64,000 nucleotides of DNA from Macrostomum lignano (lineage: Eukaryota). The stretch is from the NCBI GenBank assembly GCA_002269645.1, contig NIVC01003430.1, forward strand, positions 34,030 through 98,029, in the 5' to 3' direction. Under the pieces are notes generated by a model. That model did not search any database, was not told the origin of the DNA, and saw nothing but the letters and a program-made list of their open reading frames with translations. Each line of letters starts with the position of its first letter. The first letter of the stretch is position 1. The translations under genes were made by a program, and so were the position numbers. This document shows positions 60,855 through 64,000 of the stretch, one piece after another.

Positions 60855-61056
60855 CTGGAGGGGGTGTAAGATAAGACAGGGGGTGGGGTGGAGTCCGCAA
60901 CCGAGGAAAGAGGCGAGAACTGAGAGCCAATCAGAAGGCAGCGAGGGAGAGAGATAAATGACATAACAAAATTGAACTAGACAGATTCTACTGAGACTGC
61001 GTTGTCTTTCTCGATCATAAACAACTAGGCTATTTGGAAACACTAGTCAATGCACT

Positions 61057-61152
61057 TTTCTGCAGTCGGGATGCATGATATTGGAATAACACGACTCGCG
61101 CCTACCGGCGCTCGCGTGTTATACCGATATCATGCATCCCGACTGCAGAAGA
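61057..61152. repeat. ~95-bp near-perfect inverted repeat (hairpin / MITE-like)
   Basis: 61059-61081 TCTGCAGTCGGGATGCATGATAT is the exact reverse complement of 61127-61149; pairing continues inward with few mismatches. Confidence 0.9.
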
Positions 61153-62399
61153 ATATACCATTGTCCGTTGATTTTTCTATAATGCGAGATGCAGCCTTGC
61201 ATTGACAGACAGGTTCTTTTTTTAGCCAGCAGCAGTCTTGGCCAATGTTTCCACACAAAAGCAAGTATTTGCTTTCACGAAAATTCTGAGCCTAACTTTT
61301 GCATTGAGGTGCAAAGCAAACAAGCAAAGCCAGGATGCAGTGATGCTAAAAAGCATTGGCTAACACCTGTCTGTCTCATCTGCTGAGCAAAGATAGATCA
61401 GGATGAGCTGACTGTGCTGTCACCATTCAGTCATTATTCAGTAGTTCTCACCGATTTACAGGCCGTTAGTGTGGGATGTGGGCAGATCAAGGTGGGTGAT
61501 GCAGACTGGTGAAATCTGACTGGCTGCAGTGACGGCAAAGGCAAAAGGGCGCTTCGCTGGCACATTGGGTTCATCGGAGGCTGGTTTTCGTTGCAAACTT
61601 CATTGTCCAGTGAGAGCGCGTATTCTTTTTTTCACAAGCTGATCTATACAAGTTTGAAAAGGTATTGTTGAAGACCTGGAAATCGCGAAATGCATGTGTT
61701 GCACCCCCCCCCCCAGGATGGCCCAGAAGCTGCGAACCGGCTAGGGTAGCAGGGGCTGCCTATCTAAGAGACACCCAGGTCCCGCCTATTCCTGTCCGTA
61801 CGCTGCGAGATTTCACAGTATACGTGTAGCTCGATCCCCGCACGGCATCCCGGAAGGTAATGAGACACACCTGCAATTCGATCCAGTTCCAAAAACGCGC
61901 CGTATACGCGAATGTTGATATTAACTGCACTGCCGTCAGCGGGACAAGGGTGAGGACGGGACGGGGCGGGCACGCGCATTAAATAGCAAGGCAAAAGGGG
62001 GAGGAGGGTACAGCAAACAGACAATACGCAAGTACAAACACCCTGCGGGCCAGCCAATCACAAGCCGCCAGCCGGTGGGGGAGGGGTGAAGGAAATTGAG
62101 CCGGCCTGCGCAGGAGACCGGGGCCTGGGCAGGCCGTAGGCCAGACTAGGGTGGCGCTTAAGCCCCCAAACCCAGCCCGACCGGCCGGCACAACCCAGCG
62201 CGAGGGGAAGAGAGAAAAAAAGGATAGAAAAGAGGACCGGGAGGGTGAAGCCCTCGAAAACGCAGCACGGCACAACACATGTCCGAGTACAGGTTGTGTT
62301 CTCTAGAGGGATTTTGCACCGATTTCAGATTTCGTCAGATCAGCCTGTGCTGCTCGTCTCCGTTCCCTCCAGCTGGTGAGGCCGTCACCTGCGGCGGCG

Positions 62400-63836
62400 G
62401 CTTGCGACTGTCACTGGATGTGGCCATCCTGCACGAACCAAGATGAACCGATTCCGCCAGCAAGTCCTGTAGCGACTTCGGCACGCGCCGCAGCCGCCAC
62501 CTCCTAACCTTCAAGAGCAGCGGTGGCTTGAAGCTTCTCACTGCCGCTCTCTTCTGCCGTCTGTTTCGGCTGGTCGTCAGCCGTGCTGGCCTGGCCGACG
62601 GGTCTGCCTCTGTCGCTACAAATCGTTCGCCGCGGGGCGCCTCGCGCTGGCGTTCCGTGCCGGCGTGCCGCTGACGGTCGTCAAGGCCCTGGGCGACTGA
62701 CGGAGCTCGGCGGTCGAGACGCACACTGGGGCTGGAGAAAGGTCTCAAACTGGGAACTGGAGGTAGCCAGCAGCTGCGCGCAAACTGTCGCCATGCGAAA
62801 AGTCCAGGTTCTCAGTGAAAGCGTTTTTAGTCTACTGTGCTTTCTTTCTCTTTCTTTGATGTGGCCCCTTTTTCACGCTTACATTTTCACAGCCGTCTTC
62901 TCGTCTTCTTTATGCTGTTTCAGCTCGGACTATGCTACCAGTATGCGAAAAGTCCCATTTTTCCAGTGATGTGTTCCTTACTACCAAGACCTTCTTTGTA
63001 ATCAAGGAACAGTCACTTCTAGCTTACTGTTAGGCAACCCAGTAATCAAATGAAGGTATTTATTACCTTGAGTCCTGATCAGTTGTGCTCTTCCTGTGCG
63101 TTGTTCTCGAAATAGGATATCCTCTGGTGGGTCAGTTGATCCGGCGCCTTACTTCTTAGAATCTGGTCCAAGTCCTTTGTACTCCTTGGCTTTCTTGCCG
63201 GCCGGTGCGGTATCTGTAGTTCGGACCAATAGAAGTTTCGAATTAATGCACTCTAGTATAGCTCCGGTAATCACTGATAGTCTTCTGATGGCTATCAGGG
63301 TAGTCCTTCTGGAGACTACAACCAATGGAGTCTCAAATAGACTCAGTCACAACAATAATATCGAGTCGACTCTAACACCTGGCGCAAATGAGTGAGGCTC
63401 ACCACAAGAACTCAGCCGAGTCTCGGTTGACTTGGTCTGAAGGAAGTTCCTCGCCGACTTCCTCTTCTTCCCTCTGGAAGGTTCTCTTTTTACATGGCTA
63501 TTTTGCGTTATAAATAGTAAGGCGATTCGTTGTTCGTTATACATAGTAACATGTTTCATAGTTTCCGTTGAAATAGTAACTTGACTCACGTTTAAGTTCT
63601 GCTGCGCATGTTTGCATTAGTCTACTTACAGTAGGACTCTATGAATAAACTTCTACATGAACAATTTTGTGATTTTTTGTGGGACGTAGAACACTCTACA
63701 CCAGTTAAAGCTTTTACTCTTCTGTGCTTTCTCTCTCTTTCTCTGATGTGGTTTTTTACGCTTACCTTTTCACAGCCTTTTCGCCTTGTTTTCTTTATGC
63801 TGCTCCTCTAGCTTGGACTATGCTCCGAGTATACGA
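62400..63836 (+). mobile_element. 3' end of a Ngaro/DIRS-type element: decayed tyrosine recombinase followed by split direct repeats
   Basis: LLTAALFCRLFRLVVSRAGL...LAFRAGVPLTVVKALGD*RSSAVETH (cf. HSFRRGGAT.AFxAGVP...IKxLGDWxS). Diverged direct repeats at ~62815-62948 and ~63706-63836. Confidence 0.62.
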
Positions 63837-63960
63837 GCTCACCTTAAAGCCAAGGAGTAGGCTGCGCACTCGGACAAAATTAATCCAAAAACAATGACTC
63901 ATTGGTTTATTGCTTGCCAAGATTAAATATTGTTCGACTGATAAGCATCAGATTTTTCTC
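63830..63960 (+). repeat. Dispersed ~120-bp repeat, copy 3
   Basis: atacgagct..cttaaagccaaggagtaggctg...gccaagattaaatatt. Confidence 0.8.
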
Positions 63961-64000
63961 AAGCCAAAGCCGCCATGCTGGGGGCTCCCAAAGCCAGTCT
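63955..64000 (-). other. Paralog of the lectin copy A 3' flank/UTR; a further lectin gene probably follows beyond the window
   Basis: ctcaagccaaagccgccatgctgggggctccc-aagccagtct matches 45211-45253, which lies just 3' of the copy A stop codon. Confidence 0.7.

Overview
Eukaryotic (metazoan) genomic DNA with spliceosomal GT-AG introns, GC3-rich exons, AT-rich spacers and many minisatellite arrays. No prokaryotic features were found. The style (TTAGGG repeats, minisatellite-filled introns, a flatworm-type spliced-leader-like motif) suggests a free-living flatworm such as Macrostomum; this is inference. The left half (3.7-31 kb) holds conserved genes: an intronless FIP1L1, a small TM protein, a calmodulin-like EF-hand gene, an 8-exon ERM/moesin, SPEF1 and a tiny glycophorin-C/4.1m-type membrane protein. 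The middle (35.7-45.2 kb) is two head-to-tail non-autonomous Helitron-like elements stuffed with tRNA-like heads and satellites. The right part (45-64 kb) is a cluster of intronless secreted PAN/Apple + C-type-lectin genes: 4 intact, 1 fragment, and probably a 5th starting at the window edge. These genes show patchwork sequence exchange and are interleaved with LINE, Gypsy, DIRS/Ngaro and Crypton remnants. Top leads: (1) a spliced-leader relic fused to the ATG of intronless FIP1L1, suggesting a retrocopy of a trans-spliced mRNA; (2) the mosaic PAN-CTLD cluster; (3) the tandem satellite-carrying Helitrons and a recurrent 'tRNA head then minisatellite' architecture; (4) RFX X-boxes at several genes; (5) an intron-containing Crypton recombinase. 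All family assignments are from motif recognition by eye; no database searches were run.
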